DNA from: a virus
Virus record (IMG/VR): IMGVR_UViG_3300025087_000044
Coordinates: 1-64,000 of that record
Length of the DNA stretch: 64,000 nt
Direction: 5' to 3' (one strand)
Shown: one piece after another, positions 10,301 to 18,698 of the stretch
How positions within the stretch are numbered: the first letter of the stretch is position 1
Layout of the letters: each line of letters starts with the position of its first letter
Translations under genes and position numbers: made by a program
The notes under the pieces: generated by a model
Seen by the model: the letters and a program-made list of their open reading frames with translations, nothing else
Database searches by the model: none
What the model was told of the DNA's origin: nothing

Positions 10301-10428
10301 TTACTGTTAAACTCATCTTGTTGCTTGGAATACCAATCGGAAACCACCGAATATGGGCTTTGGCCTGTCCCTGAATAAGTAGCTGGGTCTTTCAGTATCT
10401 CTAATAGTTTTTGTTCGCCAGTTGTCAT
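7378..10428 (-). CDS. Large putative ejection/virion protein, Pro/Thr-rich, with three ~45-aa repeats and coiled-coil C-terminus
   Basis: Position after tail genes; 3x DTxIPFRxGLxDxQxQSIxxLxNKP...WSxTDxxNWxWATNxAP. Confidence 0.7.
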   Translation of the reverse strand: MTTGEQKLLEILKDPATYSGTGQSPYSVVSDWYSKQQDEFNSKIGDSMASAINNAINSNWKGLTSGQSVDVGNGYKMQVVEVVNNGTGWNHYQLINPSGATIYDTTNRGDFRNLSRYAAGAEQGYLVGISRWDTLSGAFSKVAKDAGFTTTDLSKWKTTAYDDWRKIQDAGLKDYGTFINNAGQKTVATSLDMLKSFKTLGFPQVSPGKDSLTADEQKQMDTVKAPAPEFQRNDLQLIADGKATTVDEANTMINQANPNFNAGPVTVTPNPTVQQPSAPAEDPLVWVQKGVNKLQMTKSAADALVAKGEGTIIDAPSQEEITQPTAPVTTVPPVATTPAATPESKSTAPDIKSTAIYTQNPPWNPGIMYSGVQPPTGTKWAFTESGERVAVPNSTTLTDPGTLAATLYGPNNTKKVVKTGSTQASDLQSQGWGLTSGSYKAPTTPEAPVAPPVVPQPTTPTIEPPTSSLPAKYVYKSNGNYVDQDGNYLGTMAQVSAAVSAGAKDYGDNPPAGVTAPNQTLAPQPAQPVTQPINSPPTAPTTQPVTTPTTTTPTETTPTPNSNIDTFIPFRTGLTDAQKQSIIALTNKPSSSWSDTDRSNWNWATNSAPLPTTTPVASPTVPTTPVAPAVGGDTMIPFRDGLSDAQKQSIIDLYNKPPEQWSGTDTLNWKWATNNAPAPTAPVAPTAPSAPTAPAAGSDTLIPFRDGLNDSQRQSIVDLYNKPAADWSETDKLNWNWATNSAPMPTAPTAPVVPETEGDLNYDGISADALAIIKRYDPDQQKVLIDQYNAIALANTLKGQEAAKALDEAVKTADPWWRSQLLMARDEVTNALASNEQDVLSSIGQYQTKINQINQDLAYGRETLTLDQQAQMSDLLRTYKANLTDLSQQAAEQGLAFSSPRKLAEQRLSEANQSQAQALSSAAAKSLRELETTGLRGIQTAEQGIQDTTRQGAEAATSIWRKAEGAMGTANLPTGAPSLGTQATPVVGSLEDQRQQKILDLQNTLINQQDPFKFTT

Positions 10429-10429
10429 A

Positions 10430-10747
10430 TTATAATAAATTATTTCGCCAATCGATTAAGTTTCCTGTAAGCCAATCAATGTATTCTTCATTTACGCTGC
10501 GAGTTTTCCAGTGCAATAATTCATGAACCAATACGTGCTCAAAATAAGGAGAGTCCTTTTTAATTTCTATTCTATCAGTATCAAAGTAAATACAACCTTC
10601 AGCCTTTTTGTTGTTGCATGGAATATTCTCCAAGTATATTGTTTGATTGCCATTAAAGAAGGGTTGCCATTTCTTCAATATCAAAGATTGTTCTATGGTT
10701 CCTCCATTCAAGATAAACAGTAATAACAAAGGGATAAAAAGTTTCAT
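10430..10747 (-). CDS. Small HEXXH metallopeptidase-like protein with N-terminal hydrophobic segment
   Basis: VLVHELLHW; MKLFIPLLLLFIL. Confidence 0.6.
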   Translation of the reverse strand: MKLFIPLLLLFILNGGTIEQSLILKKWQPFFNGNQTIYLENIPCNNKKAEGCIYFDTDRIEIKKDSPYFEHVLVHELLHWKTRSVNEEYIDWLTGNLIDWRNNLL

Positions 10748-10748
10748 A

Positions 10749-12950
10749 TTAACCAGTTATCGCACTAAATACCGGAACATAGTAAGCAGTATTTTCAATA
10801 TAAATCTTAATGAATCCGGCACTATCTCTGTTTGTCGTCCCCTTAAACAAAATAGTTCCGACTCCTACGTCATTAGCCGTAATGTCATAGATTCCTGTTA
10901 CAGTAAGAACGTCTCCAGAAAGACTTGGCATCCCAGGATCTCCAATTACCACAACTCCATTTCCGAACAACGCTTTTCCATCGGCTCTAACATACCAACT
11001 ACTAGTGGTTCCCAGAATATCATAAACGGACGAAGATTGCGTTGCTATATTTATCGAAGCTCCTGTTCCGTAATTTGTAATGTTTAATGTAGGAGCGGCA
11101 TTACTGTAACTATTCTGTTGTAGTGTTAAAACAGAACTATAATTTGGATCTACTTTTCCAGTCGTGAATGTCCAATAATCCCCCATTACACCACCCGTAG
11201 TCCCTCCTGTAAAATAAACAGTAACTCTATAATTTAGTGTTATTGAACCGCTACTAACAGGAACACCCGTAGCATTCCATGTGCTGCCCCCATTATCAGA
11301 CCATTTAAAAGTATTAGGAGTTCCAGTTCCATCTATTTCTATCTTATAAGTGCGACTAGTCGTTGAACCATAATCAAATGTATTTATTTGCAATGACAAT
11401 GAACCAGTCTTAACTGGCGTAATGGCAGGAGAGAAATTAGTATTGTACAATAAAGTTAAAACGTTTCCAGTTGATTGATAACTACCCCCATTGCCAACCG
11501 AAATAGAATGATCAATTATCGAACAAGATGATATTGCTGAAGTATTCGCAACTGGATTTTGTATGTATAAAACATTGTTAGAGCAAACGTCATATGCGGA
11601 GTATGAAGTTAAATACGTACCAGACAGTGACGCTGGTATAATAGTACCAAATATACAATTTCTTGAAGACACTGTTTGATTGACACTTGCTATGGGATTT
11701 GTCACTCCAGTCCAATAAACATCCATACCGCTACTATCCAAGACTATCCGTGAGCCGCTCGTTGCTGTTCTGATTGAACCTGTTCCAATAGTATATAATC
11801 CAGAACTATCAACTATAACGCCATTCGTTGAACTGCCAAAATATCCCTGTGAGGACGCAACCACTCCGCTCAAATACACATTATTCGTCCAAAGCCCATA
11901 ACCTGAAAGAGCCGCCCCGTCATAAGGATTGGTTAATCCAGCCAAATTGCCAAGCCTCACCTTTTCCGTCGTTGTTGACCACGGACTGCCAGCATGAGTG
12001 AATATGCTTAAAAATGGATTGTTCGTATCGGAAGCCGTCAAATATAACAGACCCTGTCCTGATTGACCGTAGTTTGTAACACAAGCCCCTTTTTTCCACG
12101 CAGGATTAGCATTAGCTCCGTAAGCCGAAGCCTGATCACGAGTAACGATATAAGTAGGGGCTGAAGCGATATTTGTTACTAAAAACCATTCGTCGTCCGT
12201 ACCATCTTTTATTCTTAGTCTGTCATTGACTGCAAAAGTAACCGTACCCTTAATTGTTAGTGTAGAATTATCTGCCGCCGTCATATCTACAGACAAAACA
12301 TCACTTGATGGTGCAATTACGAAACTACCTGACATAGCTGAAACTACATCTTTCTGAAATACAGAAGTGCGAATCATTCCTCGTGCCGAGATATTTCCAA
12401 CTTCCAATAAATCAGGCTCCAAAGTAAATCCTGCTCCCGCTACACCTGAAACATAATTAGAACTTCTTATTCTTAAATTCGCACCGTCTATCGTAATGTA
12501 ATTTCCACTTGTAGAACCTACTCTTATCAATGAATTGGCAGAATCAATAAGCACACTTGAAGTTGCCTCAACAGAACCTGAGCTTAAGGTATTAGTATTG
12601 ATATACCAATTCGCTATCCTGCCTGAAGTGGCCGTAATGGAGCCCACAATCGTCAAAATACCGGCAGTCGTTACACCCCAGTCTATAGAGTAAGTTGAGT
12701 TTCCTATCAGCCATTTGTACTTGCCATCGCGGTCGTAGCCCTCAATCTTGCCCTCAGTCGTATCCTGAAAGTTCTTTTTGGCAACGCAAGTCAAAGTTGC
12801 GTTCTCACCCGGTATAATTGAGCCGGGAACAATCGGATTGGTTATCGGATTACCCAAGGACTGCGTAGGAGCAACAGAAAGAAGAGGCGGTTTAGTCAAC
12901 CACCGATTCATTCCTATTTGAGCGTCCCAAATGCTATATGGTTCAGGCAT
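10749..12950 (-). CDS. Tail fibre/spike protein
   Basis: Ser/Thr/Gly-rich beta protein; KVRLGNLAG...YGLWTNNVYLSG; position after nozzle. Confidence 0.7.
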   Translation of the reverse strand: MPEPYSIWDAQIGMNRWLTKPPLLSVAPTQSLGNPITNPIVPGSIIPGENATLTCVAKKNFQDTTEGKIEGYDRDGKYKWLIGNSTYSIDWGVTTAGILTIVGSITATSGRIANWYINTNTLSSGSVEATSSVLIDSANSLIRVGSTSGNYITIDGANLRIRSSNYVSGVAGAGFTLEPDLLEVGNISARGMIRTSVFQKDVVSAMSGSFVIAPSSDVLSVDMTAADNSTLTIKGTVTFAVNDRLRIKDGTDDEWFLVTNIASAPTYIVTRDQASAYGANANPAWKKGACVTNYGQSGQGLLYLTASDTNNPFLSIFTHAGSPWSTTTEKVRLGNLAGLTNPYDGAALSGYGLWTNNVYLSGVVASSQGYFGSSTNGVIVDSSGLYTIGTGSIRTATSGSRIVLDSSGMDVYWTGVTNPIASVNQTVSSRNCIFGTIIPASLSGTYLTSYSAYDVCSNNVLYIQNPVANTSAISSCSIIDHSISVGNGGSYQSTGNVLTLLYNTNFSPAITPVKTGSLSLQINTFDYGSTTSRTYKIEIDGTGTPNTFKWSDNGGSTWNATGVPVSSGSITLNYRVTVYFTGGTTGGVMGDYWTFTTGKVDPNYSSVLTLQQNSYSNAAPTLNITNYGTGASINIATQSSSVYDILGTTSSWYVRADGKALFGNGVVVIGDPGMPSLSGDVLTVTGIYDITANDVGVGTILFKGTTNRDSAGFIKIYIENTAYYVPVFSAITG

Positions 12951-14394
12951 AATCCAGTGGTGAAGTGTTAGGCAGTTCCAAGCCTTTAAAAATATATCGA
13001 GCCGTGGAACTTGTTCCCGTAATAATGAAATTAAAGTAATGGCCTTTTAAATTATTCGCTAACTTCAAATTGGCGAAGTCTTTATTTGCCGTTCCCATGT
13101 TATATATCTTGAGTCCGTCAATTTGCACGGACAAATTTACGGCAACCGTATTGAAACCGTACATCATTATTCGCTCATTGATTTCCTTGATTATACCCAA
13201 CGACCCTAAGTCTTGATCCTGCGATTCGATTTCAAATGCTATATTCGTTCCGCAATCAGTCAAAGCGGAACTCTCAATTTGAATAATATTGCCGTTCGTA
13301 TCACCTCCTACAGCCTTGACCTCGCCCGAATCTATGTATTGAGTAAAACGCCTGAACTGATTGGCGTAACTGAAGACGGTAAACTCCTTAGTGGCAATCG
13401 TATATCTTAAAACCACATTGCTGAATACCCGACCATCAACTGTGCAATCGCCTACCGAACAATAGTAATGCTCGTTATCACAATAACCGGAAACACTTGA
13501 GTAGAAAGTTGGGTCAATGGCATCAATGAACTTTTGAACCGCTCTTGAGATAAGTTGAGGCATTTCACCAGTTGTCATCCAAATCCCTTTATCATTAAAG
13601 AAGAACAACATTCCCGCGCCTGTGGCAATGCTGTCATGAGAGGAGCAACCTACAGGAGTTACAACATCAGCCTCGATGGAACTATTATTCCAGCGATACA
13701 TCGCTCCATTCTTAAACACTATTAATAAGTTGGCCACAACGCCCATTCCTGTAATATTAGAGTTGTCTGCAGGATTGACCACTATCTCACGGTTATCAAC
13801 TGTCCATGAGATTTGCGTTCCGCCTGAGTCTGGAACTGATGAGATGTAAAGACTGTCAGGACTGCCTGAAACGCCGGCAACTACAATTTGAGCTTTGTAC
13901 ACACAGCCAAACTTACCCTTTGGGAAATTAGTCACATCTAAAGCTCCGCCTGAGGTTGTCCACGAGCCTGTCCCATTCCAAGACTTAACGGCGTCCGTTC
14001 CGTTTAGTCTAGCCACGGAATCTAAAAAAGTAACAAACCTGGTCTTAAGACTGGCCGTATCGCCTGTCAAAGTACTAACCCAAGTTGTGCCGTTGAAGTA
14101 ATATGTCACAGCCGTAGCGTCACCGACAGCATTAAGCGTTGCCAAGAGATGGGAGTTAGCACCGGCTTCGGAGTCCACAAACTGATACAATCCATTGATG
14201 GTCTTGCCTGACGTGATTTGACTGCCAATGGCCGTACAGCCTTTGCGCACAACTGAAAACCCGAACTCCTCATCGAATACCATATTGACGGCATGCTTGA
14301 CGGAATTCAATGGTGCAATCTTGTGCGACACCTTTTGTATCACACCTGTCGATTGGTCTTGGAATACAAATTGTGGACTTAATCTTTGTCCCAT
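12943..14394 (-). CDS. Tail nozzle/stabilisation protein (beta-propeller, podovirus-type)
   Basis: LYISS...ITGM..LLIVFKNGAMY...VGCSSHDSI...FFFNDKGIW; follows adaptor. Confidence 0.7.
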   Translation of the reverse strand: MGQRLSPQFVFQDQSTGVIQKVSHKIAPLNSVKHAVNMVFDEEFGFSVVRKGCTAIGSQITSGKTINGLYQFVDSEAGANSHLLATLNAVGDATAVTYYFNGTTWVSTLTGDTASLKTRFVTFLDSVARLNGTDAVKSWNGTGSWTTSGGALDVTNFPKGKFGCVYKAQIVVAGVSGSPDSLYISSVPDSGGTQISWTVDNREIVVNPADNSNITGMGVVANLLIVFKNGAMYRWNNSSIEADVVTPVGCSSHDSIATGAGMLFFFNDKGIWMTTGEMPQLISRAVQKFIDAIDPTFYSSVSGYCDNEHYYCSVGDCTVDGRVFSNVVLRYTIATKEFTVFSYANQFRRFTQYIDSGEVKAVGGDTNGNIIQIESSALTDCGTNIAFEIESQDQDLGSLGIIKEINERIMMYGFNTVAVNLSVQIDGLKIYNMGTANKDFANLKLANNLKGHYFNFIITGTSSTARYIFKGLELPNTSPLDYA

Positions 14395-14397
14395 ATG

Positions 14398-15810
14398 TTA
14401 GTACGTAATTTTGTTTATTTTTGGTTGCCATTTGTACTTCTGGCCTGTCAATTCTTTCTTAATCATGTCAATAAGAATCGTATTGAACATCTTGTAGTCT
14501 CCGTCTTCAAAATCCAGTGACCCGGCTGAGTTATTGGTTGAGCGTATCTTCCAAATGAGCCAGTGCTTAACGGCATCATAACGAGGAAACTCAATCACGT
14601 CCGAATCAGTTGTCACAGCAGTCCTTTGTGAATAGTAATCCATTGATAAATTAAAATTGTCGTGAGCGGAATCAGGAAGCGGCCAAATCAATAAATTTGC
14701 CTCATAAACGGTAAAGTAAGTCGGGATTCCCTCTGATTCATTCTGCCAAACATTGGTATCTACAGCAATGGTAACCGTTATCGAGCCATCACCGGTTGCA
14801 GGCACGCCTGTCAATACACCTGCCGTCTGACTTCTGGTAACTCCCGTATAGGAAATTGTGTATTGCGTACCTGAAATGTAAACTTTAACTGTGCCTGAGT
14901 CGGCAAAATCATAAGAGTTATCAATCTCAAGTGTAGTATCGCCAGCTGTGGCTTGTGTTCTAACCTGTGTCTTAGCAACTTTATTCTGCTGATTAATCCA
15001 CTCTTTCTTATCTTGATAGATAAGCGTATTCAAATTGCCCAGTCTGACATCCAAAATAGACTTATTGGTGTTCTTGTCTTCAATATCTGTTGGCATTGAG
15101 AACTCATAAGAACCGCGTTGCGAGTAACCTAACGAGTAATTGAATGATTGGAGCGGCGACCAGTGCTTTAGTTTTCCTGAAATAAACCGCAAGCAGGCAT
15201 TTATCTCATCCTTAAGGAACTCTGTAGTGACTTGTTCATCAATCACAGCTTTAGACTGTTTCAAGGCGGTTCTTATAAGACTTGCGACCGTATCATAGCC
15301 GTAACCTGTGGAAGCAGTAATTCCATCAGAATACGCATCTCCATCTAAAGAATTAAAGCTGTCATACGGCAAAACGAAGTAATAAGCGTATTCTGTCCCC
15401 GTATTGACCCAAGTCGTAAGTTCAGCGTCGACTTGCATGGCTATTGTGGCCAGTAAAACTGCCCCTACGGACGTGTTGGTGGTGTTTCCGTACACTTTCC
15501 ACTGATTGAACAAAACCTTCCGTACAACGCAGTTGAGAGGGTGTGGAAAGGTGAGTGCTGAACATGCTATTGTTGTGCCATAAGTAACCACGCTGGTTAT
15601 CTGCTTGATTTCGGTTTTAGCAGAGCCTACTTGGCCAAATAAAACAAGGTTTGTGTCGGCAAATCCATTATTATCAGCAACACTTATCGAAGTATCACTG
15701 GCGGCTGATTCGGTGGTCAAATACGACTGTAGCTTCTCCAGTTGTTCCAAGTGAGCGATTTGAATTGTTCTGTTAATAGCCCTAACTATCCGAGGTTTTT
15801 CGTAAGCCAT
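14398..15810 (-). CDS. Head-tail adaptor (tail tubular protein A-like) with inserted domains
   Basis: LKDEINACLRFI...YEFSMPTD...GIPTYFTV...LLIWPLPD...MDYY. Confidence 0.65.
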   Translation of the reverse strand: MAYEKPRIVRAINRTIQIAHLEQLEKLQSYLTTESAASDTSISVADNNGFADTNLVLFGQVGSAKTEIKQITSVVTYGTTIACSALTFPHPLNCVVRKVLFNQWKVYGNTTNTSVGAVLLATIAMQVDAELTTWVNTGTEYAYYFVLPYDSFNSLDGDAYSDGITASTGYGYDTVASLIRTALKQSKAVIDEQVTTEFLKDEINACLRFISGKLKHWSPLQSFNYSLGYSQRGSYEFSMPTDIEDKNTNKSILDVRLGNLNTLIYQDKKEWINQQNKVAKTQVRTQATAGDTTLEIDNSYDFADSGTVKVYISGTQYTISYTGVTRSQTAGVLTGVPATGDGSITVTIAVDTNVWQNESEGIPTYFTVYEANLLIWPLPDSAHDNFNLSMDYYSQRTAVTTDSDVIEFPRYDAVKHWLIWKIRSTNNSAGSLDFEDGDYKMFNTILIDMIKKELTGQKYKWQPKINKITY

Positions 15811-15877
15811 AGTTTTTTATAATTATCTTCATAACGCCCCCAGCAACCGCATGGAAGCGATAGAAAACAATTATTTC

Positions 15878-16117
15878 TTAATTATTATCTTTGCGTATTC
15901 TCTTGCGCCAATGGCGACTAAGCCAGTCAAGAAAAGTATCATTCCATACAACTCCTTGCCCGGTGTGAGTATCAAAAGCTGTCCAAGCCCCATTGTAGTA
16001 ATAGCCGCCCCGAGTAAGCCCCCTTTTAATATTAACTCCTTGTCCATATAGTTTATTGGTTATGTCTTTAAAAACATATTTCAAGTCGCTCCAGAATAGC
16101 CGCAACTTAGGTAACAT
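15878..16117 (-). CDS. Hypothetical protein
   Basis: Tightly coupled downstream of endolysin. Confidence 0.5.
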   Translation of the reverse strand: MLPKLRLFWSDLKYVFKDITNKLYGQGVNIKRGLTRGGYYYNGAWTAFDTHTGQGVVWNDTFLDWLSRHWRKRIRKDNN

Positions 16118-16118
16118 A

Positions 16119-16787
16119 TTATTTATTCGGATTGGTGACTGACGTTACGCCATCGTACTTAAGATTATTCAAAGTTAAGAGGTCAACACTTCTTACTTTG
16201 GCTTTGTCTATCGTGTATCCGAATATTATTTGAAATGTGCGCTCGGAATCTATCCAATACCGCTTCTGATTGCGTATAAGGTACACAGCCGGGTCCCATG
16301 GATTCTTTATCAATTCGCCATCAGCCAAGGGTTCCGCCAGCCACGCGGCCGGGTCAATCGCGCCATCGTACCCGTTATTCGTGTTCTGCTTAACGCCATT
16401 CTTGTCTATCAAATACAGCCCAAAATGCAGATGCGGACCCGTGGTGTACCGACCCGTATTGCCCGAGAGAGCAATCACACCACCGGCCTTGACCGACTTG
16501 CCATCTGCCAATTTGTGCTGGCTTAAATGATAATACATCGTCTGGATTCCCAATTCCTTATTGATGACATAACAGTAAATCCCACCATCGCCGCCTACCC
16601 TGTTACTGATAACACCATCATGACAAGCGTGAATATCCGTTCCCACCTTACACGAGAAATCAATCCCATTGTGACCGGCAAGCCCAAGCTCAACGTAGAA
16701 CTTCGCCGTTACCGGAGAATTGGGCGGCCCGAACCACTGCGAGATAGGGAACTTCTGTGGATCGAGAGGCAAGGTTAGTTTTATCAT
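16119..16787 (-). CDS. M23-family endolysin with C-terminal putative cell-surface-binding module
   Basis: HNGID, YYHLS, GNTG..TTGPHLHFG; C-terminal DGELIKNPWDPAVYLIRNQKRYWI. Confidence 0.9.
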   Translation of the reverse strand: MIKLTLPLDPQKFPISQWFGPPNSPVTAKFYVELGLAGHNGIDFSCKVGTDIHACHDGVISNRVGGDGGIYCYVINKELGIQTMYYHLSQHKLADGKSVKAGGVIALSGNTGRYTTGPHLHFGLYLIDKNGVKQNTNNGYDGAIDPAAWLAEPLADGELIKNPWDPAVYLIRNQKRYWIDSERTFQIIFGYTIDKAKVRSVDLLTLNNLKYDGVTSVTNPNK

Positions 16788-16791
16788 ATAT

Positions 16792-17019
16792 TTATTTTTC
16801 TTCTTTTGCCCCCGCCTTTATGGGCGTTTCGCTCTCTTCTTTCGGCTCCCAATAATCGTCGCTGTCATCTTCCTTTTCGTATTCATGCGTTAACTCCAGC
16901 ACCACGTCATCGGCGTACATCCCCACCCGAATGATTATGTCTTCAATGTTCTCAAACCTGCCCACCACTTGAACGTGGCCATCACCGTCTTTATTTGTCG
17001 CGTATAAAACGTAAGCCAT
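16792..17019 (-). CDS. Small acidic hypothetical protein
   Basis: ORF 4 nt upstream of endolysin. Confidence 0.6.
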   Translation of the reverse strand: MAYVLYATNKDGDGHVQVVGRFENIEDIIIRVGMYADDVVLELTHEYEKEDDSDDYWEPKEESETPIKAGAKEEK

Positions 17020-17050
17020 AGTTTAGGGTTTAGTATTTACTATAAACAGT

Positions 17051-17274
17051 ATATGGTATATTTTTCTGAATTATATCCAGCAAGTGCAGGCCTGCCCAAC
17101 CATCGAGGCATACCCCTCTAGGCCACTCTGCGCCCCTTGCTGACGGCCAGTAGGGCTGTCGCCCCTAAATACGGATAAGAGCCGCATTCCCGTAAGTTCG
17201 CTAGTTAAGTGGGCGTTCCTAGCCAGTATCCTGCCCTCTCGTTAATCGAAAGAGCAAGCAACTAACTCCCACAT
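17051..17274 (-). ncRNA. Unnamed structured RNA downstream of tRNA-like array (homolog of 63072..63252)
   Basis: Multiple hairpins; ordered shared blocks GTGGG, GCAGGATAC, CTAG, TTAA..AGCGA, AGCCCTA, CTGGC..CAGCAA, ACTTRCTGG, ATACCA. Confidence 0.7.
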
Positions 17275-17286
17275 GAGATTTCACAA

Positions 17287-17356
17287 GGCGATAACAGGGA
17301 CTCGAACCCTGATAGTCATCATTTACTGACATTCTAACCATTGAATCATTATCGCC
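17287..17356 (-). tRNA. tRNA-like gene resembling tRNA-Gly, aberrant anticodon arm (no clear anticodon)
   Basis: GCGATAA/TTATCGC acceptor, ATTC/GAAT D-stem, CAGGG-TTCGAGT-CCCTG T-arm; anticodon arm only GTCA/TGAC with 8-nt loop. Confidence 0.7.
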
Positions 17357-17359
17357 ACA

Positions 17360-17435
17360 TAGCAGAGGTGGGACTTGAACCCACGACATCAACCTTTTAA
17401 GAAGGCAAATGCTCTACCAACTGAGCTACGTTGCA
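17360..17435 (-). tRNA. Degenerate tRNA-like gene (possibly Lys-CTT derived)
   Basis: TAGCTCAGTTGGTAGAGC D-arm, GTGGG-TTCAAGT-CCCAC T-arm; mismatched acceptor, non-7-nt anticodon loop. Confidence 0.6.
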
Positions 17436-17509
17436 AGTCAACTGAGGGAGTCGAACCCTCGCCGAGGGTTTTGAAACCCCCACCCGTCCGCAGATGTACC
17501 GTAGTTGAC
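17436..17509 (-). tRNA. Atypical tRNA-like gene with 8-nt anticodon loop TTTCAAAA
   Basis: Perfect GTCAACT/AGTTGAC acceptor, GAGGG-TTCGACT-CCCTC T-arm, GGGGG/CCCTC stem, 3-nt variable loop, non-canonical D region. Confidence 0.6.
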
Positions 17510-17685
17510 ATACCGTCCGCCCGAGCGGTATTCCACTCGAAACGGATAGTAGAAATAGTTATTGAAAGGACTTACTACTTGAGATAGGGGCTAGACTTGG
17601 CTAGCCCCTTACATGAGGAGATTGTGGCGGGTAGCACCCAGTTTGACGACTCGCTGTTTAGGGACATGAGGTGGGCGTTAAAGGG

Positions 17686-17901
17686 TTAAACATTTTGACG
17701 CTTCACTATCCTATCCCGGTACTCCTTTCTGGCCTCGTTTACGGCCACATCCATTGAAGCTTGTGATACGCCAGCTTGATTGCACGCTTGCTTTTCGTTG
17801 CGATAGCGCGGAGATGCAAGCGTGTTAAATATCCCAATATCTTTAAAGCTGGCCGACAGAAACTGCCGAAACCGCCTGAGCTGTTGGTCACGGTCGCACA
17901 T
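17686..17901 (-). CDS. Hypothetical protein (likely start MCDRDQQ, internal to the listed 17686..18075 ORF)
   Basis: Overlaps the end of the upstream zinc-ribbon gene. Confidence 0.45.
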   Translation of the reverse strand: MCDRDQQLRRFRQFLSASFKDIGIFNTLASPRYRNEKQACNQAGVSQASMDVAVNEARKEYRDRIVKRQNV

Positions 17902-18088
17902 CTCCTTTCCTCGCTTTCTTCCAAACCAGTGTTTCAAACTTGCAAGCAAGGCAATAGGAAGCACTATAAGTATCAGTTTCAGCCAGTTCATGAAGTACCT
18001 CGCGATTGCAATTAGCGCACCTCTTCTTGCGCATGCTCGTGTACCGAATGGTTTTAGTAATCGGCTGCAGAACATCGTCTAAACTCAT
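17888..18088 (-). CDS. Small zinc-ribbon protein
   Basis: CANC...CLAC; GGAGGAAGG upstream. Confidence 0.6.
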   Translation of the reverse strand: MSLDDVLQPITKTIRYTSMRKKRCANCNREVLHELAETDTYSASYCLACKFETLVWKKARKGDVRP

Positions 18089-18101
18089 TTACCTTCCTCC
18101 T

Positions 18102-18410
18102 TTATAAATATCGTGAAACGAACGAAATCGCTATATTGGCCAGAACACTGCCTAGAAATAACGCCAGCGCGGAATACGTTGAGAACTTGGCAACGAACCC
18201 TATCTGCCATTTCTCCAGCTTCAGTACTCTTGCGTCCAGCCCTATCACGGCCGCCTTAACATCACTCACCGCGCCGAGCAATTCAACGCGATAATCATCG
18301 CGCGTCTTCTCTATGACTTCATGCTCCTTGGAATTGACCGTGATAAGATTGGTCAACCGCTCCAAGATGATGTCTGTATTGACTTTGCTATGTGTGCTTT
18401 CTTGTTCCAT
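18102..18410 (-). CDS. Putative holin-like protein (coiled coil plus C-terminal TM)
   Basis: LDARVLKLEKWQ followed by hydrophobic helix. Confidence 0.55.
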   Translation of the reverse strand: MEQESTHSKVNTDIILERLTNLITVNSKEHEVIEKTRDDYRVELLGAVSDVKAAVIGLDARVLKLEKWQIGFVAKFSTYSALALFLGSVLANIAISFVSRYL

Positions 18411-18433
18411 ACTCCCCTATATGGTTATTTAAC

Positions 18434-18697
18434 CTAGACAACGCCTAGGTATTCAAATTCTCTTGCTTGTTCCAACTTATCTTTTAATTCTTTATCTGCC
18501 GGCTTCACAGCGTCTTGCTTAACTTTGACTATATCTACAGGCTTGTCATCAAATCCATTTACCTTTTCGCCATTGAATGGATCGGTTTCAACTTCCATAT
18601 CCGTATTAACAGAAAAAGGCAGTTTGAATTCTATCCCGGCATCCGATAGTTGCTGAATTATATCCTTCTTAGTTGTAAATCCTTTTATTGTAGGCAT
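18434..18697 (-). CDS. Hypothetical protein
   Basis: Tightly coupled in late operon. Confidence 0.6.
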   Translation of the reverse strand: MPTIKGFTTKKDIIQQLSDAGIEFKLPFSVNTDMEVETDPFNGEKVNGFDDKPVDIVKVKQDAVKPADKELKDKLEQAREFEYLGVV

Positions 18698-18698
18698 A

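Noticed and set aside
17051-17356. tmRNA, RNase P RNA, pistol or HDV-like (theta) ribozyme
   Set aside because: No Ala acceptor or tag ORF, no GAGGAAAGUCC, and I could not fit pistol or HDV topologies by eye; a covariance search is still needed
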